Assembly: GCA_965214095.1 (NCBI GenBank)
Contig: OZ243938.1
Coordinates: forward strand, 608,001-672,000
Source of the DNA: Candidatus Poribacteria bacterium
Lineage (GTDB): Bacteria > Poribacteria > WGA-4E > WGA-3G
Length of the DNA: 64,000 nucleotides
Reading direction: 5' to 3'
This document shows, piece by piece, positions 20,131 through 29,292 of the stretch (positions are counted from its first letter, which is position 1; each line of letters starts with the position of its first letter). Below the pieces are notes generated by a model. It did not search any database. It had not been told where the DNA came from and saw only the letters and a list, made by a program, of their open reading frames with translations. The position numbers and the translations under genes were made by a program.

Positions 20131-20910
20131 TTATTTTTTCTTAGGTTTTTTGAAATCTGTACTCTTAAATTCAACTGTGACATCACCATCTGCAGGAACT
20201 TCTACGGTTTTGTTAGCAGATCCGAGATCTTCATGCCACGCAATTACTCTCGTTCTACCTGCTGGAACTTCTTTCAATGTAAATTTACCTGTATCAGTCG
20301 ATTTTTCATAGGTATCAGGATCAATGAATTTATCTTTATCGTCTTTCTGTCCAGTTACAGTATAATAGTTACTATCTACCGCAACAATGTAACCTGACAT
20401 CCATGCATGAATATCACATGTCAACTTAATCGCTTCTGCTTTAGTGATTTTATAAGGTACTTTTGTGCCTTTTTGTGCAATCTGCACGTTCGGTGCCTCA
20501 TTCTTTTCAGCATGTGAATGAACATTGTGTGCTACTGGATCACTTGACGTAAGTTCTACCGTCGAACCTGTCGGAACAACGAGAACATGCGGCAAATAAC
20601 GACAGTTCTTTTGGTCAACAACTACATTCTCCTTGAGTGGCGTAACTGTATAACCCCTACCCCGTGCATAAATCACAACATTCTGGATACCTTTACCTTT
20701 AGATACAACAAGATTCTCAGATTTCGCACCCGCAGTTGAATCAATACAATGTTGTTCAGTCGTGTTAATTGTCAGGGCAGTACGCGCTGGGGCATCTCCT
20801 TCATAAATTACTGTTCCAGTTATATTGCCGGCAAATGCAAGACTAGTCATTGTCCCGATAATAAGTAATGTGAATATGATTTTTAAGTTTTTCATCGTTC
20901 TACTCCTCAA
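20131..20910 (-). CDS. Secreted cupredoxin-like / carboxypeptidase-regulatory-like domain protein (paralog 2)
   Basis: Signal peptide; DQKNCRYLPHV, HNVH, CDIHAWM, VIAWHE. Confidence 0.75.
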   Translation of the reverse strand: MRSRTMKNLKIIFTLLIIGTMTSLAFAGNITGTVIYEGDAPARTALTINTTEQHCIDSTAGAKSENLVVSKGKGIQNVVIYARGRGYTVTPLKENVVVDQKNCRYLPHVLVVPTGSTVELTSSDPVAHNVHSHAEKNEAPNVQIAQKGTKVPYKITKAEAIKLTCDIHAWMSGYIVAVDSNYYTVTGQKDDKDKFIDPDTYEKSTDTGKFTLKEVPAGRTRVIAWHEDLGSANKTVEVPADGDVTVEFKSTDFKKPKKK

Positions 20911-20974
20911 TTTAATAATTAAACTTTTTATTATATTAACACCTTAAGATTTGAATTGGCAAACCCTAAAAAAC

Positions 20975-21000
20975 AACTATCACGGATATCCGTGATAGTT
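20975..21000. promoter_or_regulatory. Perfect 26-bp palindrome AACTATCACGGATATCCGTGATAGTT (candidate operator)
   Basis: Core TATCACGGATATCCGTGA recurs at 27154-27171 upstream of the Rieske gene. Confidence 0.4.
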
Positions 21001-21355
21001 AAGGTCTGAAACTTTTCTTGATATATTCAAGAAGTTCCTCTTGTTCATCAACGCTGAGATAATAGTGAAACGCTGGCATATCGTTTTTTCCATCTCGTAT
21101 ACTATTCAGTAATTGTTCATCTTCATGCATCAACCATAGAACGTTGTCTGTTAGGTCTGCCGGGTCTAATTTTTTAAACCGTCCTATTCTCCCATTGCCT
21201 TCACCACTGTGCCCGTGGCATCCGGCACAATATCTTGCATAATGATACTCAACTTCAGTCGGATACTTTGTGCTTGGGTCAATTTGTTTCCCTAACCAGA
21301 TGAAACCGTTTAACCAAACTAAGACCATGACGATAATAATCAATAGATGTTTCAA
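20999..21355 (-). CDS. Monoheme class I cytochrome c
   Basis: N-terminal anchor; YCAGCHG; DMPAF. Confidence 0.85.
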   Translation of the reverse strand: MKHLLIIIVMVLVWLNGFIWLGKQIDPSTKYPTEVEYHYARYCAGCHGHSGEGNGRIGRFKKLDPADLTDNVLWLMHEDEQLLNSIRDGKNDMPAFHYYLSVDEQEELLEYIKKSFRP

Positions 21356-21392
21356 TATGTAGGATACTCCGAAAAAGAAATCCGCACCTACA

Positions 21393-24300
21393 CTAACGTC
21401 CTAATGATATGAGATAATCCCGGACTAACCGAATCTGTTTCTCAGCATCATCGCCGGCATAACCCGGAACAGCCATGTGTTGTCCACCTGCGATTGGCCA
21501 TGCCTGTGGCATTGCAGTGCCTTTCTGGAAACTTTGTGGATCTTTCATCCAATCTATGAGCCAATCTGCTTTGAGTCGCGTTTTTGCCAAGGATAGATCG
21601 GGTCTACCAGCTTTGTCGCTACCTGCGGGAATCACCTCACCCTGTGATGGATGACAGGAATCGCATTTCAGTGCATCAAAAATCTGTTTACCGACTTGAA
21701 GTTCAGCACGGGTTGACGTTGGTTGTTCTATGGTTTCATAGGGGAAAGGTTCATTGTCTAATGTTGAGAAGTATTTCACAAGTGTCGTTGCATCTTCATC
21801 CGACATATCAAATGTTGGCATACGAACTTTGAGACCGTAACGGATGTCTGAAGGAGCTTTGAGGAAATCAAATAACCATTCAGGATAAACCCGCGCACCT
21901 TCTGCTTGAAGCGTAGGTGGGGCAAGCTGCTTCGCAGTGATCTGATCTAAACCCTCGTGTGAAACAATAATGTTTTCATAATCACCACCCTCACCCTCAA
22001 TTATGTGACATCCAGTGCAGTTGTATTTTTTCACTACTCTTCTGCCAGCGTCTATTTGATTCTGTTTTTCAACGCGTTCTGGTTCAACTGCATGCTCAAA
22101 TATATAATTCAATGGATATGGTTGTGGTTGGAAACTCTTCAATAAAACAGCGATAGCCTTGGCATCTTCTACATCGTTTTTCAGATTTTGGAACACTGGC
22201 ATACGAGAAGCAATCCGACGCGTTTCGTATCTTCTTGGGTCTGTAAGTTTACCAATTGTCCAACCGTGCCAACTATGTTCAACATCTTCTTCTAAGGTAT
22301 CACCGAAGTCAAGCTCATCATATAGTTTCGCACCAAATTCACCGAGATCAGCACCGACCTTGGATTCATTCTCAAATCCTGGGATCTCATGGCAACCGAA
22401 ACATCCGTAAGTCCGGACAAGTTTTTCACCTTCCTGTGCATCAACTTCACCGATTGAATTGGATAGAGGCGATGGTGTTGTTTCTTGGAGACTCATTAGA
22501 TATGCAACTACATTATCAAGTTCACGGTTGCTTAAACGCAGACTCGGCATTGATGTATCGGGGTCATATTCTCTCGGATTTTCTATCCATTTACGGAGGT
22601 AACTTGGTTTCACTTTGTTACCTACACTGTCAAGAGCAGGTGCAAAATCACTGCCTAATCCATCTACAGTATGACAGGACAGACATCCTACCGTCTTCAC
22701 AGTTTCTTCACCAGCACTGATCGCACTTTCAGACTTTGAATATGTTTCCTGCGATTCATCCAAAGATGGGTCTTTCATTCTCGCAAGATAGGCTGCAATT
22801 GATTTTACCTCATCAACGATACGTAAAACATCATCTTTTGCATAAGTATATGATGTACCATCATCTGCAGTTAGAACATAGTTCGCATCTGTTTCTGCAA
22901 CAACGCCTGTCCGCTGACCACCATTCTTAAAGTAGACAAGCTGGGTCATGCCTTCTACAGGAAAGAAATTCGGCATCGTAGTTTCTGGTAGGTAGGCTTC
23001 CGGTTGTTTAATCCATTCTTCAAGCCATTTGACATCGTCAACCTTACTGCCAACTTTGCTCAGTGATGGACCAACCTTGCCAAGTTTCTCAAGAGAACTG
23101 TATCCTTCAACTGCATGACACCCATGACATCCAAGTGTTTCAAATAGATCCATACCTTTTGAAAGAGTAGGTGCATAGTCCACTGGAATGTTAGTTTCTG
23201 GGTCAACATGATCTAACTTCATCACCCCATCATGACAACGTCTACAATTTGATTCCATATATCCTTTTTTCTCTGTAGATGTCATTCCAGTCTCTTTATC
23301 CATACCAAGCACAGGTGTAAGCCAAAATTCTGCATGTGTTAGTGCATGTGCGGATTTTGCTGTCAAGCCGTGTCCTTGTCCACCATGACAAGGTGTACAC
23401 CCAAATCTTTCAACGGGGTGTTTTGCAAGTAACACATCACGATCTGGATGCGTTTGCAGGACATCACGGTATCCCGTTTCATAAGATATTTCAACTTCAC
23501 CAAACACACCTGTATCAGTGAACGTGAGCAATCCATCTTCTGACAATTCATATTCATCAGGTTCTGCATCAAAACCATCAATAACTATTGTCTCACTACC
23601 AAGTTTCACCTTTGGATGTTTCAGTTGATGTGTTTCAAAGTTCTCTCCATCACCATCTACTTCAAACGTCTCCTGTGCCTCAGTATCATAACCGCTTCTA
23701 TCAACCGAGAAGTGACAAGTCGCACATCGATCAGCAGTATAATCGAACTCTTCAAGATAATACTGAACGATAGTACGCGTCTCTCTAAATGGATTTTCTA
23801 AGAGACTTCCAAGGAAGGTGCGTTTGATGCCACCGACATCTGCTAACTTCTCTTCAAGTCGTGTAACTGCATCAAATTGTTTCTTGATCGTATCAAGTGA
23901 ATCGAGTGCTTGTTGTGCTGCAGCAATCCCATCTGTAATATCTGTGTCAGTAGACTTGTTTTTTTGTGCAATGAGATATGTTGAAAGTGCTTTTGCTGGG
24001 TCATTATTGGATAGGTAAAATTCTGCAAGTGATTTATTTTCATCTGCATATTCTTTTTGTGCTTTCAGGACTGCAAAGGTGAGTTCACCTTCAATCCGTT
24101 TTTCAAATTCGTCTAATTTTTCTTTCCACTTTTGGACTTCTTCTGTCTCTTCACCATGTGCTACATGTAGACTATTCTGATATTTATAATTGATTGCATC
24201 GGATTTGCTCTGTTCAAACTTGCGTTCTTGCAATGCTTCATCCAACGCCACCTTTTTCGTCTCAACGACATTCTCTAATTTACTTAATTCTTTCGTATCA

Positions 24301-24533
24301 AACTCAGGATCGGAGGGTTTTTCAGGTAAATTATTCTTTGCATGTTCCAATTCAGTCTTTGTCTTTTCATATTCATATTGGTAAAACTGTTGTTGGATTT
24401 CTTTCCAAGGTCTTCGAGTGATCATCTCATCCCAGAAACCCCATACGGTAACCAAGCCTAACAGTGCTGACAGAATAAAGAACAAAACAGCATAAGATTT
24501 TTTTTCTGCTGGAATATCTTTGTTGTTCCTCAC
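21393..24533 (-). CDS. Membrane-anchored octaheme cytochrome c associated with the Rieske/cytochrome b complex
   Basis: Eight CxxCH motifs: CATCH, CTPCH, CRRCH, CHGCH, CLSCH, CFGCH, CTGCH, CDSCH; N-terminal TM and helical stalk. Confidence 0.9.
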   Translation of the reverse strand: MRNNKDIPAEKKSYAVLFFILSALLGLVTVWGFWDEMITRRPWKEIQQQFYQYEYEKTKTELEHAKNNLPEKPSDPEFDTKELSKLENVVETKKVALDEALQERKFEQSKSDAINYKYQNSLHVAHGEETEEVQKWKEKLDEFEKRIEGELTFAVLKAQKEYADENKSLAEFYLSNNDPAKALSTYLIAQKNKSTDTDITDGIAAAQQALDSLDTIKKQFDAVTRLEEKLADVGGIKRTFLGSLLENPFRETRTIVQYYLEEFDYTADRCATCHFSVDRSGYDTEAQETFEVDGDGENFETHQLKHPKVKLGSETIVIDGFDAEPDEYELSEDGLLTFTDTGVFGEVEISYETGYRDVLQTHPDRDVLLAKHPVERFGCTPCHGGQGHGLTAKSAHALTHAEFWLTPVLGMDKETGMTSTEKKGYMESNCRRCHDGVMKLDHVDPETNIPVDYAPTLSKGMDLFETLGCHGCHAVEGYSSLEKLGKVGPSLSKVGSKVDDVKWLEEWIKQPEAYLPETTMPNFFPVEGMTQLVYFKNGGQRTGVVAETDANYVLTADDGTSYTYAKDDVLRIVDEVKSIAAYLARMKDPSLDESQETYSKSESAISAGEETVKTVGCLSCHTVDGLGSDFAPALDSVGNKVKPSYLRKWIENPREYDPDTSMPSLRLSNRELDNVVAYLMSLQETTPSPLSNSIGEVDAQEGEKLVRTYGCFGCHEIPGFENESKVGADLGEFGAKLYDELDFGDTLEEDVEHSWHGWTIGKLTDPRRYETRRIASRMPVFQNLKNDVEDAKAIAVLLKSFQPQPYPLNYIFEHAVEPERVEKQNQIDAGRRVVKKYNCTGCHIIEGEGGDYENIIVSHEGLDQITAKQLAPPTLQAEGARVYPEWLFDFLKAPSDIRYGLKVRMPTFDMSDEDATTLVKYFSTLDNEPFPYETIEQPTSTRAELQVGKQIFDALKCDSCHPSQGEVIPAGSDKAGRPDLSLAKTRLKADWLIDWMKDPQSFQKGTAMPQAWPIAGGQHMAVPGYAGDDAEKQIRLVRDYLISLGR

Positions 24534-24559
24534 GAAATGTATTCCTCCAAATCAATCAT

Positions 24560-24769
24560 TATAGTAAAAACCATAATTATTTACACACTACGGTAGGTTC
24601 GGTTTCCTAACCGAACTTACACACTACGGTAGGTTCAGTTTCCTAACCGAACTTACACACTACGGTAGGTTCGGTTTCCTAACCGAACCAGCGTTTGTTC
24701 AGTCTCATAGATGCGGTTAGGAAACCGCATCTATGAGAGAGTGTGCACGTATTTTTACATTTCACTATA
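24560..24769. mobile_element. MITE-like element with a 3x36-bp internal tandem expansion and REP doublet
   Basis: Same element as 58591-58728 (138 bp) plus two extra 36-bp units (24581-24688). Confidence 0.8.
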
Positions 24770-24822
24770 ATACGAGTACAATGTATACAGAAAGACAATG
24801 TTATACTAACTAACATCTACAT

Positions 24823-25689
24823 TTAGATATTGAACCAAGGAGACACCCAAACGTATTTTATGTTCAATCCTAAACGTAGTATCATTTTAATCGGTAGTGC
24901 CATCATACATAAGAACAGAGATGATACGATGACATATCGAATCAATCCAAGTTCTTGTAGAAATTTGCTGCTTTTACCTTTCCAAAAATAGAAAACTGGA
25001 CCAAGTGCGAAATATCCTGCAACTACCGCAAATCCAAAGAAATTCGCCGTCATCTCATCGCGGATGCCAAAGAGATATGATAGATTTACATTTGTTAATG
25101 GGACAATTTTATGTGGATCCCAATATTCCCACGGCATAAATATATTCCAACCAGGTCCCCTTAAGAAAGTGCCAACAATCATCAGGACAATCCATAGGAT
25201 AATAAAACCAAAGCAGAATACACCCAAGGCAAACGGACGTTCCTTAATTGTATAATAGCCTTTTCCTTTGGGATTGATGTCAATATAGGGGATTGCTATT
25301 AGACCTACAATGATAAGTCCAGGTAAAACCACACCCGCAATCCAAGGATCAAAATAAACCAACATTTCTTGAAGGGCAAGGAAGTACCATGGGGCTTTAG
25401 ATGGATTAGGTGTTTTGGCCGGATCACTTATCTCTTCAAGTGGTGCATCAATCATAATTGACCACACCGCTAGGATAAGCATGATGATAATCGCACAGAC
25501 AAATTCATTACGACAGAGATAAGGCCAGACATATACTTTATCGTTAAGTGCTGCATCTGAAGGGACACCTGTTCTATCTGTTTGACGTGCTTGCCTGTAT
25601 GCTAACCACATAAAGAATGGAATTAAGAAAAGCATTGCCAAAATTGGCACATTATCGGGTTTCTCTATCAGTAATAGAATATTCTCCAT
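24823..25689 (-). CDS. Cytochrome b C-terminal / subunit IV-like protein of a b6-type complex
   Basis: VWPY, APLEE..TPNPSKAPWYFL (PEWY-equivalent), PYID.NP. Confidence 0.85.
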   Translation of the reverse strand: MENILLLIEKPDNVPILAMLFLIPFFMWLAYRQARQTDRTGVPSDAALNDKVYVWPYLCRNEFVCAIIIMLILAVWSIMIDAPLEEISDPAKTPNPSKAPWYFLALQEMLVYFDPWIAGVVLPGLIIVGLIAIPYIDINPKGKGYYTIKERPFALGVFCFGFIILWIVLMIVGTFLRGPGWNIFMPWEYWDPHKIVPLTNVNLSYLFGIRDEMTANFFGFAVVAGYFALGPVFYFWKGKSSKFLQELGLIRYVIVSSLFLCMMALPIKMILRLGLNIKYVWVSPWFNI

Positions 25690-25772
25690 ATCTATATCCT
25701 GTCTCCTTCAAATGTGTATTCGTATTTTTGTAAAATATAAGTCTGATTATGTTTATCCAGATTCCAAATGTC

Positions 25773-26561
25773 TTATAGTGGACCAGAAATACCACCATCT
25801 TTACGGACACGCCAGAAATGTAACGCCATCAATAGACTCGCAACAAGAGGAACTGCAATACAATGCAAGATATAGAACCTTAACAATGTTGATGGACCGA
25901 CAATAGTTCCTCCAAGTAATGCAAATCTCACATCATTTGATTGCGTGATAATATCTGCGGGGGCAAAAGGACCTTCATGTCCTAATACTGGTGTAGCACG
26001 AGCCATGTTCGTTCCAACGGTAACTGCCCAATATGCAAGCTGGTCCCACGGAAGTAAATATCCTGTAAAACTCAGGAAAAATGTAATAAGTAATAGAATT
26101 ACGCCGACTGCCCAATTAAACTCACGCGGCTTTTTGTATGAACCTGTCAAGAAAACCCTGAACATGTGTAGCATGACAGAAATAACCATACCATGCGCAG
26201 CCCACCTGTGCATGTTACGCAGAAGCATACCAAAAGGAATGTCAAATTCAAGTGCCTGTACATCTCGAAAAGCATATTCAGCAACAGGTCTATAATAGAA
26301 CATCAGGAGGACACCTGTAACTGCTGTCACAAGGAACATGAGAAAGGTGATACCACCCATACACCATGTAAATCTGAAATTCAAGGCATGACGCGAAATA
26401 CGGGGAGGATGTAAATGAAGCCATACATTCTGTAGGACTTGAAGTGTGAAACGACGTCCAGTATCTTCGTAACCGTGGCGAAAAATAGACTTCCAAATAT
26501 CGGAATTCGTAATCTTTTCTTTTAAACCTTTACGTTCTTCGTTCATTCTTTTCCTTTTCAA
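25773..26561 (-). CDS. Cytochrome b6-like (split cytochrome b, N-terminal part); start probably MNEERK
   Basis: WCMGG (heme ci Cys), RNMHRWAAH, LHMFRVF, GYLLPWDQ, ILHC..ALHF. Confidence 0.92.
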   Translation of the reverse strand: MKRKRMNEERKGLKEKITNSDIWKSIFRHGYEDTGRRFTLQVLQNVWLHLHPPRISRHALNFRFTWCMGGITFLMFLVTAVTGVLLMFYYRPVAEYAFRDVQALEFDIPFGMLLRNMHRWAAHGMVISVMLHMFRVFLTGSYKKPREFNWAVGVILLLITFFLSFTGYLLPWDQLAYWAVTVGTNMARATPVLGHEGPFAPADIITQSNDVRFALLGGTIVGPSTLLRFYILHCIAVPLVASLLMALHFWRVRKDGGISGPL

Positions 26562-26568
26562 TCTATTG

Positions 26569-27054
26569 TTAGACTTTCAAAGATGCACCAGAGTCACTCC
26601 ATTGACCTTTTTCACCTAAAAACTTAACAGATTTATCTATTTGAAGTTGTCCATCCTCAGCCAAGGTAATCTTCACACGCTCAAGCGGTCGTGGTGCCGG
26701 TCCTTCATAGTTTATACCATCACGATCAAAACCGCTACCGTGGCAAGGACATTTAAATTTGTTTTCTGATGAGAGCCAACGCGGAGTACATCCTAAGTGC
26801 GTGCAAGTGGTTAGTAATGCATAAAACTCTCCATCTTCGCGGCGAACAATCCACACACCAAAAGGTTCTTTCTTGAATTTTTCGCTTACACTACCCGCTG
26901 GATATTCAGCAGGAAAACCAGCTTTAAAGACAGATGAAGGTTCATACAATACACGCGGGTATAAATAACGCACTAAACCCGGACCGAAACATAAACCGAG
27001 TGCAGCCGTAAAACTACCCCATCCAAGTGTATTGAAAAATGCTCGTCTTGACAA
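26569..27054 (-). CDS. Rieske 2Fe-2S subunit
   Basis: Tat-like SRRAFF; CTHLGC and CPCHGS; GPAPRPL. Confidence 0.95.
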   Translation of the reverse strand: MSRRAFFNTLGWGSFTAALGLCFGPGLVRYLYPRVLYEPSSVFKAGFPAEYPAGSVSEKFKKEPFGVWIVRREDGEFYALLTTCTHLGCTPRWLSSENKFKCPCHGSGFDRDGINYEGPAPRPLERVKITLAEDGQLQIDKSVKFLGEKGQWSDSGASLKV

Positions 27055-27269
27055 CGTTTGTGCCCCCTATCTACGAATCACATTATTTATTTTGTAAAAG
27101 TATATCACAATACAAACTTCTTTGCATGAAATTTGACTGCTTTAAAATTACTTTATCACGGATATCCGTGAATTTTGAAGCAGGAACAACAAAGCGAATT
27201 TGATGTAACAAATAACGTGAGTTGGATAATAGGTATATGAACTTCATTTTCCTAAATATTACTCTCATA

Positions 27270-27670
27270 GACCCGGTAGGTGCGGTTTCCAAACCTCACC
27301 ATAGGTGTCAATTTAGCGGTTACCTAATCCCTCTTCCATTGTTGGAGTGGTTTCTAACCACGATAATGTGGATCTTCCATTGTTGAAGTGGTTTCTAACC
27401 ACGATTTACAGGTTTTGGCTCAAAAAATCGGGGTTACAAACCCCTCCAACAATAGCGGATATCCTTATATTGACCCCTATGGTGAGATTTCCTAACCTCA
27501 CCATAGGCATCAATATAGCAAACCACAACCCGCTCTAGGCGCGCTTTGATGAAGATTAATTTATTAAACGGGTAATTCTCATATTCTCAAACCCGGTAGG
27601 AGCGGTTTCCTAACCGCTCCGGACTTCTCATGGAAATTACCTGATTTATTTCTTAATCTTCATTAAGCGC
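27270..27670. repeat. Cluster of GGTAGG..GGTTTCCTAACC REP hairpins and inverted-repeat shells
   Basis: GGTAGGTGCGGTTTCC.. and GGTAGGAGCGGTTTCCTAACCGCTCC hairpins; shell ATGAAGATTAA..TTAATCTTCAT; duplicated CTTCCATTGTTG.AGTGGTTTCTAACCACGAT. Confidence 0.7.
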
Positions 27671-27876
27671 ACTAGACATATCATATATGAAATATAACGA
27701 TGTGTGCAATTTTAGGTTGATATCAGCAATATCTTCTCAATCTTAAATGAAACCACAGGAGCGGCACCACGAACACTGAAAACATTAGAAACTTGCTAAT
27801 GTGCAGTAATGCTCAGTTGACACCTAGGTTCACAACAAATATCAAAGTTAAATTCACGAATTCTTGAGCGGATATG

Positions 27877-27915
27877 AAAAACGGCTCAAATCAAGTTATT
27901 ACTGGATTTAAGCCG
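27877..27915 (-). terminator. Rho-independent terminator
   Basis: CGGCTTAAATC..GATTTGAGCCG followed by TTTTT on the minus strand, downstream of 27942. Confidence 0.6.
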
Positions 27916-27941
27916 ATTTAGAAAATGTCCGATATTTGCGC

Positions 27942-28619
27942 TTATCGGGTGTTTTTGATGCTTGCCCATTTTGTTGTGAGCTTGGATTTAGGGTCTACGG
28001 GAAAACTGGTATCGCCGAAGTACTCAATTTCGCCAAGTTGAAAGTTTTGAACGGTTTCAAAAGCAATAAACCGAAAGAACCGATATCCGATATCTTGATC
28101 GTCGTAATCATCTCCTGCATCAAAACGGATAACTTGCAGGCGCGCATCCCACACACTACCCCCTTCGTGAGCAAAGATGGTCGTAAAATCTTCGCCGTCG
28201 TTCGACCCCTGGACTTCCCACACTGTCGGGTCTCTATTAGGAACATCGTTCGCTGAAGATACGGTGAAGTGTGTTAATGCATATTCTTCTTGAAACTCAG
28301 CTGTCACGTGTATGCCTCCCGCCGGAAGGTTTGCCGGTCCTCAGCACCATTTCGCATTGCCGCCGCCAAGTTGGTTATCAAAGACGTTAAACGCAAATTC
28401 CCCACCACCGAATCCGGGTTCTTCGCTAGATGTGAAAATGGCGTCATAACCTTCATCTGCATCAGGCAGTCCATCGTCTTCTGGGTCGGTTAGGTCTCCA
28501 CCAAGCAGTGAATCCGTTCCTACACCCAAGATTTCCTCAGCCTGTGCTATGTCGCTTGTGCTGAAAACAAACAGAGTCATCATCAACGCAAGTGCTGCTA
28601 ATACGAACATAATTCTCAT
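27942..28619 (-). CDS. Secreted discoidin/F5-8 type C-like protein, predicted selenoprotein (C92-U93), 225 aa
   Basis: Track ORFs 28341..28619 and 27942..28307 are in the same frame, separated only by TGA 28341-28343 plus 11 sense codons (KWC-TGA-GPANLPAGGIH-VTAEF). Signal peptide; ND.P.RDP..WEVQGSNDG..F and QLGEIEYF motifs. Confidence 0.75.
28315..28340 (-). promoter_or_regulatory. Putative bacterial SECIS element
   Basis: UGA, 11 nt, then CCUUCC-GGC-GGGAGG hairpin; apical loop starts with G, 17 nt after the UGA. Confidence 0.6.
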
Positions 28620-29292
28620 TCAGTACTACCTCCTAAGAGAAATGAATCTCACTTTTACGTGAGTTTCGCGTTAAGTTACGTTAGTTTGAATAAACTGCAT
28701 CAATTTTACCATTCAAATCTTTACTAATCTGTGTTCCATCATAGCATTTTATTTGAAATTATCAATTAATTCTAGAAATTCAATATTATTTTCAATAAAT
28801 TATGAAAACAGAGCAATGAAGTAGAGTATCATAGAGAACTTTGTGCAGTTACTCACCCAAAACAAAAAACTGATTCATTAACTGTGTTCCTATTAAGACA
28901 CTTTATTTGAAAACAGCATATATTATATAGAATGCCTTAATAAGTCCCATCATATCGTAGTTTGACATAATTGTCAACTAAAAATCAATGGAAATCCACC
29001 AATTATTTCAAAAGAGTGTGTAATTACCAATATGAAATGTCATTTCATAAAAGATTCGCTGGAGGAGTAAGAAAGATTCCAAATACTGAATATGGATATA
29101 TCTTTGTAGGAGGGAACTCAGATTCCCAATTTATCTGGCGCTTCAGATTTTTGGAGAGGACACTCCACTAGATAATAAATCACTTCAAAGGAAACAAGAT
29201 TTTCCTTTGAAGCGATTTATCTACCGTAAAGATTTTGCTTCAAACCTACCAACACAGCAATACATTTTCAATAAAACTAAGAACCTTGACAG

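Noticed and set aside
13934-24533. Alternative complex III (ActABCDEF) or nitrite oxidoreductase
   Set aside because: No molybdopterin/FeS ActB or NxrA/B and no NrfD-type subunit is present in the window.
24581-24688. Possible CRISPR array (36-bp palindromic repeats)
   Set aside because: The repeats are directly adjacent with no spacers, no cas genes are nearby, and the unit belongs to a dispersed REP/MITE family.
27942-28619. Pseudogene or two separate small genes
   Set aside because: A single in-frame TGA next to a Cys, a SECIS-like hairpin, an intact domain across the junction and no other lesions favour Sec read-through, though this is unproven.
27083-29171. Short ORFs 27083..27292, 27347..27538 and 28971..29171
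   Set aside because: They overlap repeat elements or AT-rich intergenic DNA and show no recognisable motifs.
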